From contig CM060732.1 in the NCBI GenBank assembly GCA_030704615.1, forward strand, positions 67,828,001 to 67,892,000: a stretch of DNA of 64,000 nucleotides, in the 5' to 3' direction. The notes beneath the pieces are model-generated. The model did no database searches. It was not told the DNA's origin and saw only the letters and a program-made list of their open reading frames with translations. This DNA comes from Takakia lepidozioides. Taxonomy: Eukaryota > Plantae > Bryophyta. Positions 26,724 through 41,700 of this stretch are shown here, one piece after another. Each line of letters begins with the position of its first letter. Positions within the stretch are counted from its first letter, which is position 1. The translations under genes were made by a program, and so were the position numbers.

Positions 26724-29700
26724 CTAAGTTGAGTGGTAGAAGTGGTGTAACGGCACAATTGTGACAAATTTCGGAGGTGCTGCATTCTGAAGAAAGTACA
26801 TACAACGGGTCTATATCTAGCTGTCTTGCCTAAGGTCAACATGTGCCCTCCCAAGTCTCTCGGAACTCCTTGATCTCAACCTCGTATGATGGTCCTGGAA
26901 CAAGACAATCCATATGTTAACATCAGCTCCGTGAGCAGTGCCGCATGGACTAGTCATAATAAACCTTCTTGCAACAATTTGAGCTAAATATTATAGCAAC
27001 TGCCCTATCCAAATTTAAGCAAATATGTATCTTGGTTGAGAGGCATTTATATTAGAACCAGCACAAACATGATCTCTGGACCACCAGACTATGTGAAGAT
27101 AGCTCAGAAGAACCTCAATGAGTTAGAAAGACAACTATCCAGGTGACACCTTTAGAAAACCTCATGACAAGAATGCTTTGCTTCATTGGGAGTAAGACAG
27201 CTCCACCAAGGTCTAACTCAACCAAACACTAAAAGCAACTCAAGTCAACGCGTCTCCAATTGGATAGTGCTGGGTACAACTCCTACGTTTGCTGCACGCA
27301 CTAAATAGGCACTCAACTCCATTTTGTTCCAAAACCTAGCTTTCCTGGAAGAGGATGCTTAAGTTCAAAGAGTCTCATACCATCTTCAACTGACGTCCTT
27401 TCTTTCTGCGGTCCAAAACCCGACAGGGCCCACCTTTTGCCATTGGCACCGTAACAAATTGATCTCCCTGCAAGAACTTGGAAGCCGTTTCCAATACCTC
27501 AGGACTGCGGGCTATCTGACCCCAGCTAGGAAGAGGAGTTGCCTTTGAACTCTCCACTGGGTATGTCCACGAAGACTCATTCGTTGCGGTTTCCATGCTC
27601 AGTTCAGATAAATGACTAACCTGTTGGGATAGAGACCTCTCAAAGAAGTCTGACTCATGACCAGAAAGTTCCCAGAGTGCCTCAGCCCCCCTTGCAGTAG
27701 CAGTTGGTTTCAAACCACTCCGAAGGATGCGATTTCTCACTGATTTGGGACTTCCTACTCCTGGGGTAGCTGGTAAACTGGCAGACTGCTTAGAGTGGTG
27801 GGACCTGGATGCTGACCAAAACTCAGACAGGTCCACCGAGTGGGGACGTTGCATTGGTGAGCTGGACCTGCGTCGTTTTTTCCAGAATAACCTCCTATGC
27901 TTCTCGTGCACTATGTACTTCTGTCTGAGTTTGTTCCCTCGCAATACGTAGTCGGAATCCACCCGGAGGTGGCAACCAGGCTGCCGGATGCCCCGAGAGC
28001 TTAGTGACTCCCTGCAGACATCATTGCTTCACAGTGTATCTGAGGATGCCTATGAAAGGACTTGTTTGGAATTCAAGGCACATCTGAACTTATTAGGAGA
28101 AGACAAGTGGACTACATTCAAGAAAAGTGTGCACTGTCACCGTAATTAAGCTTCAGTGATGTGACCAGTGCGCTGCCAGGGAGATGTACACACTAGTTGC
28201 TGTGGCACTGTGCCCAAAGACCCTGCACCAGCTTTGATGAGAGCAGGAAAGGGGGCAGAGGAATAGGAGGACAGCACAATGGGACCCCTGGCTGTGAGGA
28301 GGGCTCGCTCTAGGAGTAGTACCTACCTGCATAAATAAGGTTGATCTTGGACATTCTATAATTTCCAAAGCTGTTAAGCAAAATGGAGCATCACCTTCGA
28401 CGGGGGATTCCTCCAGAAGTTTGCCCTGCGATCTTGCACTTTTAACTGTACGAATGGCTGTGCTTGGACTTATACCACTATGATGAAAAAGGTATGAAGA
28501 GAGGGAAGGAAAAGGGAGAACAAGAGGTAATTTATGAAGTCCACAAGAGTTATACAACAACATCCAACCGTGGAGATTTTTTTCTCAAAAAAGAGAAAAA
28601 ATGTATGTCCACAGGAGGGCCCAAAGGCCCTACTAGAAGGGAAATGAAATGGGAGAAAAGAAGGAAGGAAGACATATGAGGGCCATGGAACAAATTGCAA
28701 CTACAAGAGAGGGTGACAGCTCACCGGGAAAATTTTCTGGACCGGTTTGTGATACCATACTCCTCCTGGTTGGGAGATGAATGATTGCTTTGCTTATCAG
28801 TGGAAGCACCATCTCCTTTGATGGATTGGGGGGTGTTGAAAAAGTCCGGAAGTCTTTCTGTATTCCAAGGTGAAAAGTCAACTGACCCGGACAGTAGCAT
28901 GTGTTCCTCTTCTTCATCAATTGTCATTCCTCGGGTCCACTCTTTCGGAGAGAGAGGTGACCGCCCCTGTCCCCATAAGGGGCTCTTTGGAAGATAGGAC
29001 TCATCTGCAGGTTTCGACATGTTCCTATTGTGTATTTAGTAAAAGGTCCTCCGATAGGTCCAAGTAAAGTGGCAACTGCGTTCTCCTCCATGGACTTACA
29101 CAAACCTGGAGAATCTCTCTTCCTTCTACAACAAGTCTGCATACTGTAGAGTCAACTATTGTGTGCACTACTGTGGGAGCCATCTGGAAGGTACTCCACT
29201 TTGTTGCAACTCAAGAAGCAGATTATTCTACCTGAGCACCATCTGTGGACCCCTAGGGTAACATGACACTTTTCAAGAGGAAGAAACCACACCGCACTCT
29301 GTAAGTCAAGAAAATTACAGCTAAGAGTTGCTGGAACTGCCAACTGTGCTTTTTAAAAGCGTCTGAGGCCTACATTCTGTGGCATTTGTGCAGCTGAGAA
29401 TCTACTGCCTTCAATTTCACAATGGTACACATAAACCATTCACCAGCTGCGAGCACAATGACACTCCAGCTACACAATAGATTTCTGCATTATGCACACA
29501 GAAAGACAAGACCAAACACTCTGCCAGAACTGACCCATAATCAAGTGAACAGTACATTGGAGTGCCAGTGAGAACTCACCAGATGAGTAGGCAGTGCCCT
29601 TCGTTAGGTAGACCACTAATATGCACAAACACTCAGCATCCAGTGTTGATGTATCATCTAACTGACCCATTTACCACAAACTTTAATATCAAGATTGGGA

Positions 29701-32700
29701 ACCTGCAGCAGAGAGCTGTCCACAATTCCATTTTGGACTAACATATGTGATTATAGTCATTCTCATTGAACAACAAACAGGTATCATAATTTGTTTTGAC
29801 TTACCATCATTGTCGCTTAAATTGAAGCCCTTGTGCAGCATGGCAGCACTTGGTTGGTACTGTGCAGAGTATACCCTTTTCCTGCAATTGGGTGAAAGAA
29901 AGCTTCTGTCTTCTGCCTGAATCCCTTTATTTGCCGAGTCCCTTGTGGCTTTCTGGCTAGCATGACCAACCTGATTCGAGAGACCTCCATTCTCACTTGG
30001 CTTCTGACTTGGTGCTCGTGAAGGCGACCAGGAGTGTGTACCAGACGAGTCCAGTGAAGCAGGACTGGAAGTGACGAACTGTGGCTCAAACCCCGATTTG
30101 CCACCAACCTTACCATGTCTAGTGTTCTTTGTTGCCTTACTGGGGATTCGCTTCTCACTGGACAGGGCCACAACAGTGGGCCTAGCCACACCCTGGCTAC
30201 TACCTGGCATGTGCAGGCTACCCTTGGTGGCAGGGCTAGCTGCAGTCCTCCTTGAAAGGCTGTCGTCGTCGTTGCTGATTTCACGCATCAGCGTCTTGAG
30301 GTCGTCAATGTACATACCCATACGAAGGGGTGTGCGCACATGAGAGAGGTCAGTAGGAAATTGCCGTGCCTCCCTGGTAATAGTTCTTGAGACATCTCTC
30401 CTCATATTTGGACTGCTGTAGGTGCTGCCTTCGTAGATTCTCTCGGGAGATGAGCCCACAGAAGATGACGGGCTTGATGCACAGTCCTATTCACCAACAT
30501 ACAGCCCGTTTTGACATGTTCTGCATCATCTATATGAGTTCCAACAAAGCAACAAAACCTAATTCTAGACGGCTATACATCTAGTTTGAGCTCACCTCAA
30601 ACATCCTAGCCTCAAAAACAAACAGTGTAGATTTTGAAATTTTTACCCCACACATACAGAGCCTCTCCCTCTTTAAGCAGTTCTTTGGTTAATGTGGTTC
30701 CACGGTTCTTACGAGTTACTTGTGTCCCTTGGCTCTTAGGCCCTCACATGGATGAAATGAATTCAAATCAAATTTCGTGCTTTACACAAGGCTCTCAAAA
30801 TGAAGGATCACGAGATTTTGATTGTACGTTATTTTATGGTTGTGATGGTTAGTTGTTGGGGGCCCCAACTTTCTGTCTTGCATCTCTTTCCCCTTTGTCC
30901 CATAAGCTCTTTCAGCCTTCCGAGGAACATTTCTTTTTTAGTTGTCCAGTCTATTACGAAATCCGAGGCCACTACTAGTGCCTGTTCAGGGACAGCCAAT
31001 CCCTCATTGAGGTCTGTAGCATATCTGCATGAGGATCTCCAACTTAGAAAATCTCTTGATGTCGAATCATAGTTTTCAGGCTGCTTGTTGAGGGCCCCAC
31101 TTTCTTATTTACTGTTTTCTTTTGTTAAACAAGCTCTTTGTGCTTGTCATGGACATTCTAAAGATTTTCTTTTTCTTTCACTATTTTGTTGTTGGGTAGG
31201 TGAGGAAGGATAAACTTTAGAAAACAAAAAGTTTGGGGAACCAAGTCCTGTAATTCTTGGGGGGAGGGAGAAAAGGGGAATGAGCATAGAAAACTCTGCA
31301 ACCAAAACCTTCAATCAACAACTTGGGAAGCCAAGAAATGCCAACCAAGACATCTCTACCAAGCTAACGATGAGGGTGCGCAAACCAACCACCTCTCCGG
31401 AAGAAAAAGCAAGCCAAGGAAGGAATTTATGAACACCAGCACCAGGTTTCTCCCATTTTTCCCTTACCTCTGCCCTCTATCTAATTGTGGTGATCCCCTT
31501 AGTACAGGCATTGAAGGCTTATCTGGTATCTAGTACCTTAATTAGGGACGTCTTTGAGATTGCCTCGTGCAAGTTGGCTACAGAGGATGGGCGTAGGTCC
31601 TGCCATGACCTCCTCATGCCTTCATTGATAGGGCTCCCTCGACCAATTACTGGAGACGAGCTTCGGGGGGGTGTTGATGATGCAACGCTGCGCAGCCTCT
31701 CATCAAGCTCTCGCACCTGAAAGCAATTTTCCAAGTTTCGCATGTACAATGAGAAACTGAGCAAAACTGAAAACATACGCTTGCAGTAGCCCCTTAAAGG
31801 TCCTTGATCCAAAACATAGTATGGCCACACCTTGTCACTCTATGGGAATATATGATCCATCGCAAGGTATCCGAAGGATGGGAACATCTTCACAATAAAT
31901 TTTCCATCTGAATGCCAACACCATTCTCACCTGGTCTGAAAGTGATCCAAGAACAAAGTTCAATGAATGTGCCTCCTGAGGACTCCTTGCTTGTAGCACA
32001 CTTGCACTCCCTCCCTTGCTCACTCTTTGACTTTCACCCAGCGTATGGAAATGCTGTGGAGTTTTCCCAGAACAGAGTGGAGTTTTGTTAGTTACTCTAC
32101 GGGAAAAAGGACTGCATCTCTGATCCTGTGAGCCTGACTGCTGGAATGTGTACTGTGTTCGTGTATTGTCAGGGCTTTCCACCAGTGGAATATCTGACCC
32201 CGATAACCAGGGCCTTTTGTAGGGCCGCTCTGGATAGTCTTTTTGCCTCTCTGGAGTGACTGCTTCACTTGTGAACTCCTGTGCTCTTAGCATTGCATTG
32301 AAGAAATCACCGCCAAATTTTCCAGTCCTCCAACCATCTATGAGCTTTCCAGCAACATCACGAGCAGTAATTTGCCCCATACTTTTTCGAGGTTTTGGAA
32401 GTTTTGAAGATGTTTGCCCATGATCCCGTTCTGCACGTCTTCGACATGATAGGCTTTCATAGGAGCGGGATGAAGCTCTGGCATTCCGTTCGGTGGGTCT
32501 CCTTGCTTCATTGACTTTTGCAGGGCTGCGCATGGATGGAAAATTGTGGCTAATGGGAGTAGCCTTATCTTGGCTTCTTCCAGAGGAACCAATCAATGGA
32601 AGTGGCTGGACAGCACCACAGAGCGTCAATGAGGACTGTGACCAGAAACATCAAGGCATGATGAGAACAGCATCAGCTATCTCCAAAAGATATCATGAAC

Positions 32701-35700
32701 AAACATTGCATAAATGGCGGGGGTGAGGGGTATACTCCAGCTATGGCAGGGTCAACTCAACTGGACTCCCTGGCTAAGTTATACCCTGGAAGACAGACTT
32801 CATGCAGCCTTGGAGGAAAATTTGATACTATTTCTTCAGGCTCCATGAAAGTGGTGATTGAAGGGTAGAAGTCCAACATTAGTGAATATACAAATGAGTG
32901 ACCAAAGTATTCAGGGATAGTCAATGGTTTGTGGAATAGGGACCATGCACATACAATCCATCATTGAAGTATATGAGCAGAGATAAAAACAAAGGTGTCA
33001 TACCGGTACTCTACGTGGGGATTTGAACCGAGGCGGGGTTGTTCCAATTCCTGCATTGTCAACCAGCTTGCCTGTGCCACTTGTTGGCATCCCAAAACTT
33101 CTTGTACCCTGACCTAGGATTTTCATGTCTTTTACCACTCGATCGTGTGGGGTTTCCGACCCGAGTGCAGGTAGACATCTCACACTGGACAGGATTGGGT
33201 GCCCCTTTGGATGATTGGTTTTTGGTAGCTGTGTCCCTGGGGCGTCTGCTCTTCCCTCATTGCCTTTCAGTTTTTCATGAATGAAAACGTGGCTTGTGTT
33301 GCTTGGTTCAGGATTCCTTGCTCTTGGAATGGGCGAAGAAGGTGTCGACTTGACAGACCCAGGTAGTCTAGGAGTACCGTTACCTCTGTCAAAATTGCCA
33401 TGGCTCAACCCCACCAAATGATCAGTTTTCCGGAGGACTCTTGGGTCCAGCTTCTTCCATGAAGCTCTCCTTGTCAACAGCCTCACACCCTCCCAGTTTT
33501 TGTCCTGCAGGTCCTTCAAGTCTCTCCTTTTCATGGAACCTTCCTTGGGAATTCTATTGTCAAACACCTGCAGAGATTGTCAGCAAGCAATCCATTTTTG
33601 TCTGTACATTGCAGAGTTTGTTAGCAAATAAGAGGATCACTGCAGAGGGATTACTGCAGACAGAAATAACATCTATCATTATGTTATATCATAATCTGTA
33701 GAACTCCTTGTACTGCAAAGAATCCAGTTCTAACTTTGCTCTATGATGAAATGGATCGCCCTTACGTTGTTGTCTCTCAGATTGCATAGACTAAAGTCCT
33801 GAATAAAAGACAAAAGAAAGACAGATCGAATAGATTGGGTCGAGAGTTTCTGCCGCCAAATATATCACATTGATGAATTCACAAATCGTCATAATTTCTG
33901 AAGTTTTCCACAATATTGAAACGAACTGGACTAAGATCCTCTATCTTGCGACAATTCTGCAAAACAGAATGTGTGTAATGGAAGGTTACACTTTTCAATT
34001 AGATTTGATGTTTTGTACCAAAACCTGGACAATGATAGCTAACACTTCTAGACTGCTTGTATCTTGGTCTGCATACATGCGAGTTCGTTTCTGTAAGCCC
34101 CAACCTTATTTGACTTCACAGAGACCTAAAACTGCAAATGACATAAAGAAGCAATATTGCAAAAACTTCACTGAATTCAAAATGGCAGTTCAATCAGGGA
34201 TGCTAATGTTCGAAGAGGAAATGGAAATGGAAATGGTGCTTTATAGTGTTCACAGGAAGCCAAAGAGAGTATGTGGGTGGATGGGCCAGAGGAAGGAGAC
34301 TGCTGAGTGTACCTCACTGGCTCGGCTGTTGGACAAATCATTAAACAATCGGTCATTTGCATTGGGGTTTGCATTAAGACGACCCCTTGCAGTGCCAAAA
34401 GCGGAGGCTGCACCCGTTTCTTCCCATCTCATTTCAGGTTGGTCACAAGCCCGCCGCTGTGCTCCGTACACAACCCGCACTGATTCCTGGCGACTTTGAT
34501 CAACGGAGGGATCAATAGCAGCATGAAGGAGATTACTGCACATAGCAACAGACTCAACAGGGTGTCTAGACCCTCCGTCCCGACCACTGACCACCTCTGC
34601 GGATGCTCTCCCTCTTGTAGGGGAAGGCAGATTTGAGTTGTGTGACCTATACACATCTTCTTTGATGTTCTCTTTCACACTTTCGATGATAGAGGCTCTC
34701 TCATCATTGGCAGCTTCCTTTTCCCACAAATCTACAATACATGATAGCCGTGCGCTCTCCGCTGACGTCCCTCTGGTCTGAGAGACCTTATTTCCTGGAT
34801 ATCCAGATGAGATGAAAGGGGGTTTCCCCGTCTGTTTTCTTGGTTCTGAATGGGGCCTACATCCCACAGTATGGGGTCTGTCCCCATGTGCAACATGAGC
34901 ATGGCTATGGATGGTTTTTCTTGCCCATGTTCTGCTTGGAATTCCCAGATCTCTGACCCCGCACCACCTCACTGGATCGCCATATCGAGACAGAGCTGGC
35001 CAACCTCTCTTTGAAGGGCTTTTGTGCTGAATGGCTCCTTCCCCTCTCTCCTTCTCAAGTTCCCTTTTCCTTCTGGCTGGTCCAGCTTTTGCACTCGTAG
35101 GCCTCTCGCTTGCAAGCTCTCTCGAACACCCAACCTCCTCTTTTTCTGTTTTTCTTTCACTCTCCTTTCCTGCTTGGCTGAGCCTCCCAACAACAAAAGG
35201 AGATCTCACTTTTGGAAGATCCAATCCTGTAGTTCGTGCGCTCAGAGGTCGAGAAACGACCAGTGGGCAACCAATGGAAGCCCTCCTGGGGGATTGCACT
35301 TCACTTTTGAGGGGCTGTGCTGGGCTCTGGGGTAAGGACTTTGAGACTCTAGGCTGAAGAGTTTCATTCACCTCACTGGCAATGCGAGCCGGACAACCAA
35401 CTGGGCTTCTCCTACCAGCGACCTTTCCAGTATTCATGGTCACAGCTTCACTGTCATCCCCACCTTCTTGAACATCCAGCTGCTGATTGCCACCTTTTTT
35501 GGGCTCATCAATTGTGCAGGCTCTCCCATGGAATGATCCTCCAACTACACCCTCTTCCTTCTCATTTTTCTCCAAAGATACCTGTATGGTAACATTCAAA
35601 TTTGATGGCATACTTTCAAGCTCAATCTCATTGCTTGTGGCCATATTGTGCTTCGTGGGTGATATGTCCCTTAGCATTACGCCGCCTCCTTTAGTTTGTA

Positions 35701-38700
35701 AACCTGCACAAGGGTTGACAATATTCCAGAAGAGTCTGAATCTGGTTTTACACAATGACAACTTATCTCTGAATGGCTCATTCTCAATTCAAAGCAAATG
35801 TATCCATAACCTGATCCGAGAACAAAATATAGCTCACAGCAGAACAGCTCATGAAGTTCTGGAGCAATTTCCCTCATTAAATGGTACTACAATAAACCAG
35901 GCAAACGGCACAACCATTAGATTGGAAAGCTTCAGTATCTGTACTCCCAAACTTAACCACCAAACTGTCCTCATATCTGCAGATCATTTAACAACAAGAG
36001 GGGACAGCCTCCTCAACAGAGATCACGGTTGACTGAAGAATTGATGTGGCACATGTGCATCTGAATAAAGGAGAATGCATGATGTACAAGAAGCTTGAGT
36101 TACAGAGTAGGTGAAAGAGGGTCAAATTGTGAGATTTCCTCCTGCTTTCACCTCCTACGGTGTGCCTATGACATACCAGGAAACAGTATAGCCTTCCCCA
36201 CAATGAGATATTTCATTAGGATCTGGGGTTCGATTTGGGGTTTCCCTCCGCATGGGCCTGGGCCTGGGCTTGGGCTTGGGTCTTTCTACTAGATTACACC
36301 TCGAGCATGTGAGGCTGCTGTGTGGCAGTCCTGCACAGGGCACCCCACAAACAACCCCACAGTTTTTATTATAATGCAGTACTCCTGATTGGAGTTCTAG
36401 TATGTAATTGAGTCGCAAATGAGGGCTCAAATCTCATCCAAGGACATCTGATTTCCAAATCAGCTTTGGAAAACCTGTGTACCTTTGTTGAATCTGGTTT
36501 AGTCCCTCAATGCCCTGTAGCTACATGTGTTCTCCTGAATGCCTGACTTATGGATGAGAGAACATCCATCACCCTTGTGTGTGGCATATGTATGCTTCTC
36601 TCTATGTATCCATTATTCATATGTATCCATCACCCTTGTCTTCATGGAGGACAAGCAAACAATGTCTGGTCTATCACCAAAGAACACAAGCAAACCGCAG
36701 GGGGCCTCTTTGGGTCAGAAACCGTTCAGAAATGAATCGAACAGATTTCTAGAATGCGGGTGGAGGATAAACTTCGAACTGTAGTTGCACTCTAAGATAG
36801 TTAGCTGTGTCAAAATATCACTAGTGGGCAACTGGGGTCGAAAACTCTGAATGCTGTCAAATTGGACACATGCGACTTTCAAAATATCGGACTCTAGTGA
36901 CATCAACTTCAGTACATTGAAGCTTTTCCCCATAAAATTTGAGAGAAGGGCTAAATACACCAGAGCAACCCCAACAAATGAGACTTCCACTCCTAGTGAT
37001 CCACCATGGTTTTGAAATATAAGGGTGTACTCAGGAGTAAGAAGAAAAGATGAAAATAATATTGGTGTCTAGAGCTTGTCAATCAGAAGGTCTTAGTGAG
37101 TACTCTATGCCAGTCTCTCTCAGCTCTCCACCATCCAAATCTGTGCAGCAGGTACTAAAATTTCTTTCTCTGTCAACTAATGTGTATCCCTCCAGGGTTG
37201 TGTGCTTCACACCTGGATGAAATCAGGTGTACTGCAATGATTTCCACATGTCTCTTTATCCTCCTTAAGCATTGCTTTTAGAGGTCATCGTTTACAGGCC
37301 ACAATCCTGATTCAACAAGTTCTTGATGCTTTATGCAACAGAGTGGATGTGATCCATAATTTGAGTTTTGCACTCATGGACAACCCATTTCCGTCATTCC
37401 ACAAACCATAGGGTCAAGCACAAAGCAAAGCAAGAGTTGCAAAGCAATGAAGCTTGTACCAGGGCCTAAACCTCCATGATGACTCAAGAGAGCTCAGAAG
37501 AGGGCAAAGGGAAAGCATGATTTCAAGACTTGCCTTCTTCTATTTCAGGGGGCTTGGAAAAGCATGCAATATGTCAGACAGAGCACCGTCTGCATTTCAT
37601 AAAGCCATGGTAAGAACCTACCTGGGGCACTCGATCCATTAAATACCACAACAATATCCATACATTTGAAAACCATTTGGTCAATGCTGATGGAATGAGA
37701 GAAACCTGGGTTTGATAGTGAATCAGATGGATTGTGCTTGACATGGTCAGTGTGGTCACAAGAAACCCTAGGGCCATCTTGAGGCATGGGGCTATGCAAT
37801 CCCTGCTGTTGCTCCCCTTCTTTTAGAGCTTCCTCTGGCTCGGGCTTCAGCCATGCCACTTTCTGCAAACCCATTGCTGTGATTATCTGGAGGAGAAAAC
37901 ATCATTACGGAGATTAGTTTGGTGGCCACCTTCAGGTTGGCTATGAAATGTGGGAGCGACACTGTCCACTCACTGCCAAAGAAAAGGGCACATACTGTCT
38001 CACTTTCTCCCTCTTTCCCCTCCATTTCCCCTCCACTATGAGGACCAGAAATGCTTGGCAGCTTACCAAGAGGCCTTCACCCTTAGACAATCCCTTGAGC
38101 AGTAGTTTTTTTTTGGCTTTGGTTTTGTTTCCTCTCTCATGTTTTTTCCCATTTTTTGTCCCATAAGCTCTTTGAGCTTTCCGCGGACGTTATAAAGTAC
38201 CATTTCATTTCATTTCTACAACGAAAAAAATCAAACATGCTACCAGAATTTCTGCAACTCAGCAATGACTATTACCTGCTCATTCTGCACTCTTGTGGTC
38301 GCAGTGTACCCTCTCTTCACCTTGCGTTTGTTATAAATGTGGTCAAGCTCAGCTTGGCGTGCTCTCAGTGACTTTATGCTATCTCGTTGTGACTCTGCGG
38401 CCAGCCAGGCATCCGATTCTGACTGTACGGGCTGGTTGACCACTGCAGATGAAGGCCGATTGGTACGGTCCCGCAGCACACAAAAACGGGAGTGCAGGTA
38501 TGTATCCTTGAAGTCAATGGGTTGGCCTGAGAGTCGTGTGTAGACAAAATTTTGATTCAAGTCTTGGCTTGTTGGGGGATACACCGTTTGGCAGCAGCCT
38601 GACCCGAGGAGTATCTAAGGGTCATCATCCAGACTTGGCATTCACAAATGCTAACAATTTATTTTGTTGAGTCCTTTTATGTATCCTGCGCACAGATATC

Positions 38701-41700
38701 TTTTTCGACACATGTCATAGCATTATGAGTTGTGGTGACTTCTCTTTCTACCTTAAATGCTGAGTTACCTGTCTAGAGTCTACACCCCCTCTGCACTGAC
38801 AAGCACCCACAAGTGTCACATCTGTGCTATGCTACACTCTGGCCTATTGATCCACAGTCAACTGGCAGTGTTTCTACAGCTACATTTGTGACCTTACATT
38901 TCAAGGTGGCCAGAGTGGTACTGGGGACATCTATAATGCCAGCTCTTGAACCAATACTCCAACCCAGTTAGTGAATTGCCATCTGCTGTGTGTGAGCACT
39001 TGGGCTTTGTTAACTACCCTAGTGGTCTAAACCCCATGGCCTGTTCCATGAGGGTCACAGTATTCCTGGGGGAGATTCTCACAGGGTATATAGTAGCTAG
39101 CATTACAGGGAACTCTTAATGAGCACCTTTCTATTCTTGAAGACACAATTCGATGTATGTATGAGTCGTCAAAAGTCTACATCAGATCTGAAATTAGTTG
39201 TCATTGCATGATAGTCTTCTGTAAGCGGTACCAGGTCTATCTTGCAGCTTTGGCTTGGTGCTCTTGGAGTAGAGGCGGGCAAGGCTCCTCTCAATGTAAG
39301 AAGCATTTTCCAATACCTTCCTCCGATCCACAGCAGCTCTTTCATGTTTCTCCCTTTCCTCTCTAAGTGCACGTTCCTGCGATAACAGGTGTCAAGGTAC
39401 TAAAGTAGCAAGAGGTATTTAACAACCTACAGGCACTGTTTATACTATCTGAGAGAAGAAACATCAAGAGAGACAATGCATGAACTAAGGACTGTGCTAA
39501 CAGAACAAGAGAATGAAATCACTTATGCAAATCCATGCTTATGTGAGTTTGTTCCAAGTTCTTTCAGAAAAGAGTTCAAGAAGAGGGGACAGTAATCGAC
39601 CTTCTGCATGGCCTCCTCAAATCGAAGGGTGTCCCAGCAACGGCTCTCTTCCGCCTGCTTTGTCAGCAGTGCTTCCTTGGCTGCCTGAAACCCACCAAAA
39701 CTTGATGTCACTCTACACTATTTCGTAATAAACCACTACCCCAGGTTGAGTTCATGGAAGAGTGCGGCTTCCAAGCAAATCTACCATCCACAATCTCACT
39801 AAACTCACATGGCATGGACCATAGAAGAATGGTTGAGCAGCATTATTGTACCAGACATAGTCCATTTACACCCATGCACTACACTTGAAGGCCAATGGAA
39901 CAAGATGCACACAAATTACTGTACTGGTAAGCCCTCCTCCAGTCTGTCATAGATACTGTGAGCTAAGAAACATCGGTGTAGGTCAAAATTGACTACATTG
40001 ACCCAAGCCACCTGTATGTCAGTCAAGAGACTTGCTTCTATCTCTAAGGTGCCCACAACCTGAGGAACATGCAGTTAGCTTAAATTGAGTTTAGGATGGA
40101 ATATCTGCACCAAAAGATAGGAGAGAAGTGGCTACTGGAATAAAGATGTGTATTTTACACTTCCTTCTCCTCTCTCTGTCCAGTTCAACATATTACAACT
40201 TTGCATGTCAGTCATCCACAATACACACACAAATTTCTTGTCTACAGGGACAAAATGGAGGAAGACCTTGTTACGTTCTACCAGCAAGGCAGCATCATGA
40301 CTGAGGCCAATGCTCTGACATGCACTCACAAACTCTTCCTCCAGACTTGCAATACGCTTTCGCTGATCCTCTCTCCACACCTCCTGCATTCTCCAAAAGT
40401 CTGTATCAGCCCCACTACTGTGCTTGGCAAAAAGCTAAAAGCTCTGAGTTCTTCAGCCATGGTACAAAAAAATTCGCAGAGTACGCTAGATCTTGAGAAT
40501 TTTGCAGAAAAAGACAGGGAACAAATGAAACACGATTAATTACAAGTCACAAAAACTATCAGAGTTATAACCTGAAGCCATACAACGTCTACCAGTGCCT
40601 GGGCATGAGGTACTATGTAACCTTCAGATGGTTGAGTAGCCTCTGCTTGTCTTTGGTTCTGCGGCTGTGAAACTCTTCCACACGCTGCGATGCGAATAGC
40701 ATTTCCTGAGCCCGCACCTGTCCCCAACCCCACCCGCCAGGTATGTGCCCTTTGATTTCGAGACACTCAACAACTTGGACATGTTAAGGCATTAATCTAC
40801 ACAATCTACGCCACACAGAATGTTCAATTGATGCTTTGCACATGCTCGCCTTTGTCTGGTACTTGATGAACAAGTGTCCAGAAATGGGGCGGCGCTTTCG
40901 GAGATTATACATCAAACAACAACACTATACAGATCTCGAAGTTAAATGTTATCAAGTCCATCCTACTCTTCCACAAATCTACGAATCCTGTATCTGTGAA
41001 CATAGGATCCAGCAGTGTCTTGGACCCAAACTTGTATTTTGTCAACATGTCATACTAAAACTGTAAGCTTTATACTGAAAATGTCAAGCAACATGCCTAT
41101 GAAACACAATGTCATGACATATTTTCTTTGTCTTCATGTTGTGAAATTTCAGGCTGGTCACTGCGTAGTGTCCATATGGAACATTCATTTTAAGTTCCTG
41201 ATAAACACTTTCCTGCAAGTTACCTTGGGTGTGACAGGGTTCAATTTGGCCCTAGCCGTGTAGTCATATCTCTGGATGTAGTGATTGCGGATCCAGTCTT
41301 AGTTTCTAGGTCAGCTAGAGCGACTGCAGAAAAGGTTAACAATCATTTACAGGCCAAATAAAAGAACCTGCAAGATGCGGTTGGTACGCAGCTTCTCCTG
41401 GTACTCGCGGATGGAATTGGCCGCCTCCTCTGTGCTCAGATGATAGGTCCCATGTCCACTTTTCTGAGTCAACCATCAAATGCCTATCAAATTTTATCTG
41501 AAAAGCTTTGCTGAAGAAAAGGTATGTGTGAAGATGAAAGCTCAATTCTTACATGTGACTGATTCATTCAGAATCAGCAAGCAGAGACTGATGAGGACAT
41601 ATTCATGGTGACGTGGCTTATGACTTCTCCATTTTCTTTCAAGATAGTTTCGCTACCTTCATGTATGGTGGACAGTCAGGATGCGACATGGTTAGAGTTT

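Noticed and set aside
28323-28463. Extra exon in the CEP295-like gene
   Set aside because: It ends in phase 0 while the next exon needs phase 2, so inclusion leads to a premature stop.
40830-40925. Extra exon with a GC donor (CCCLMYNLRKRR...) in the CEP295-like gene
   Set aside because: It is phase compatible but would split the RILQ|VRAQE motif; skipping it gives the better homology.
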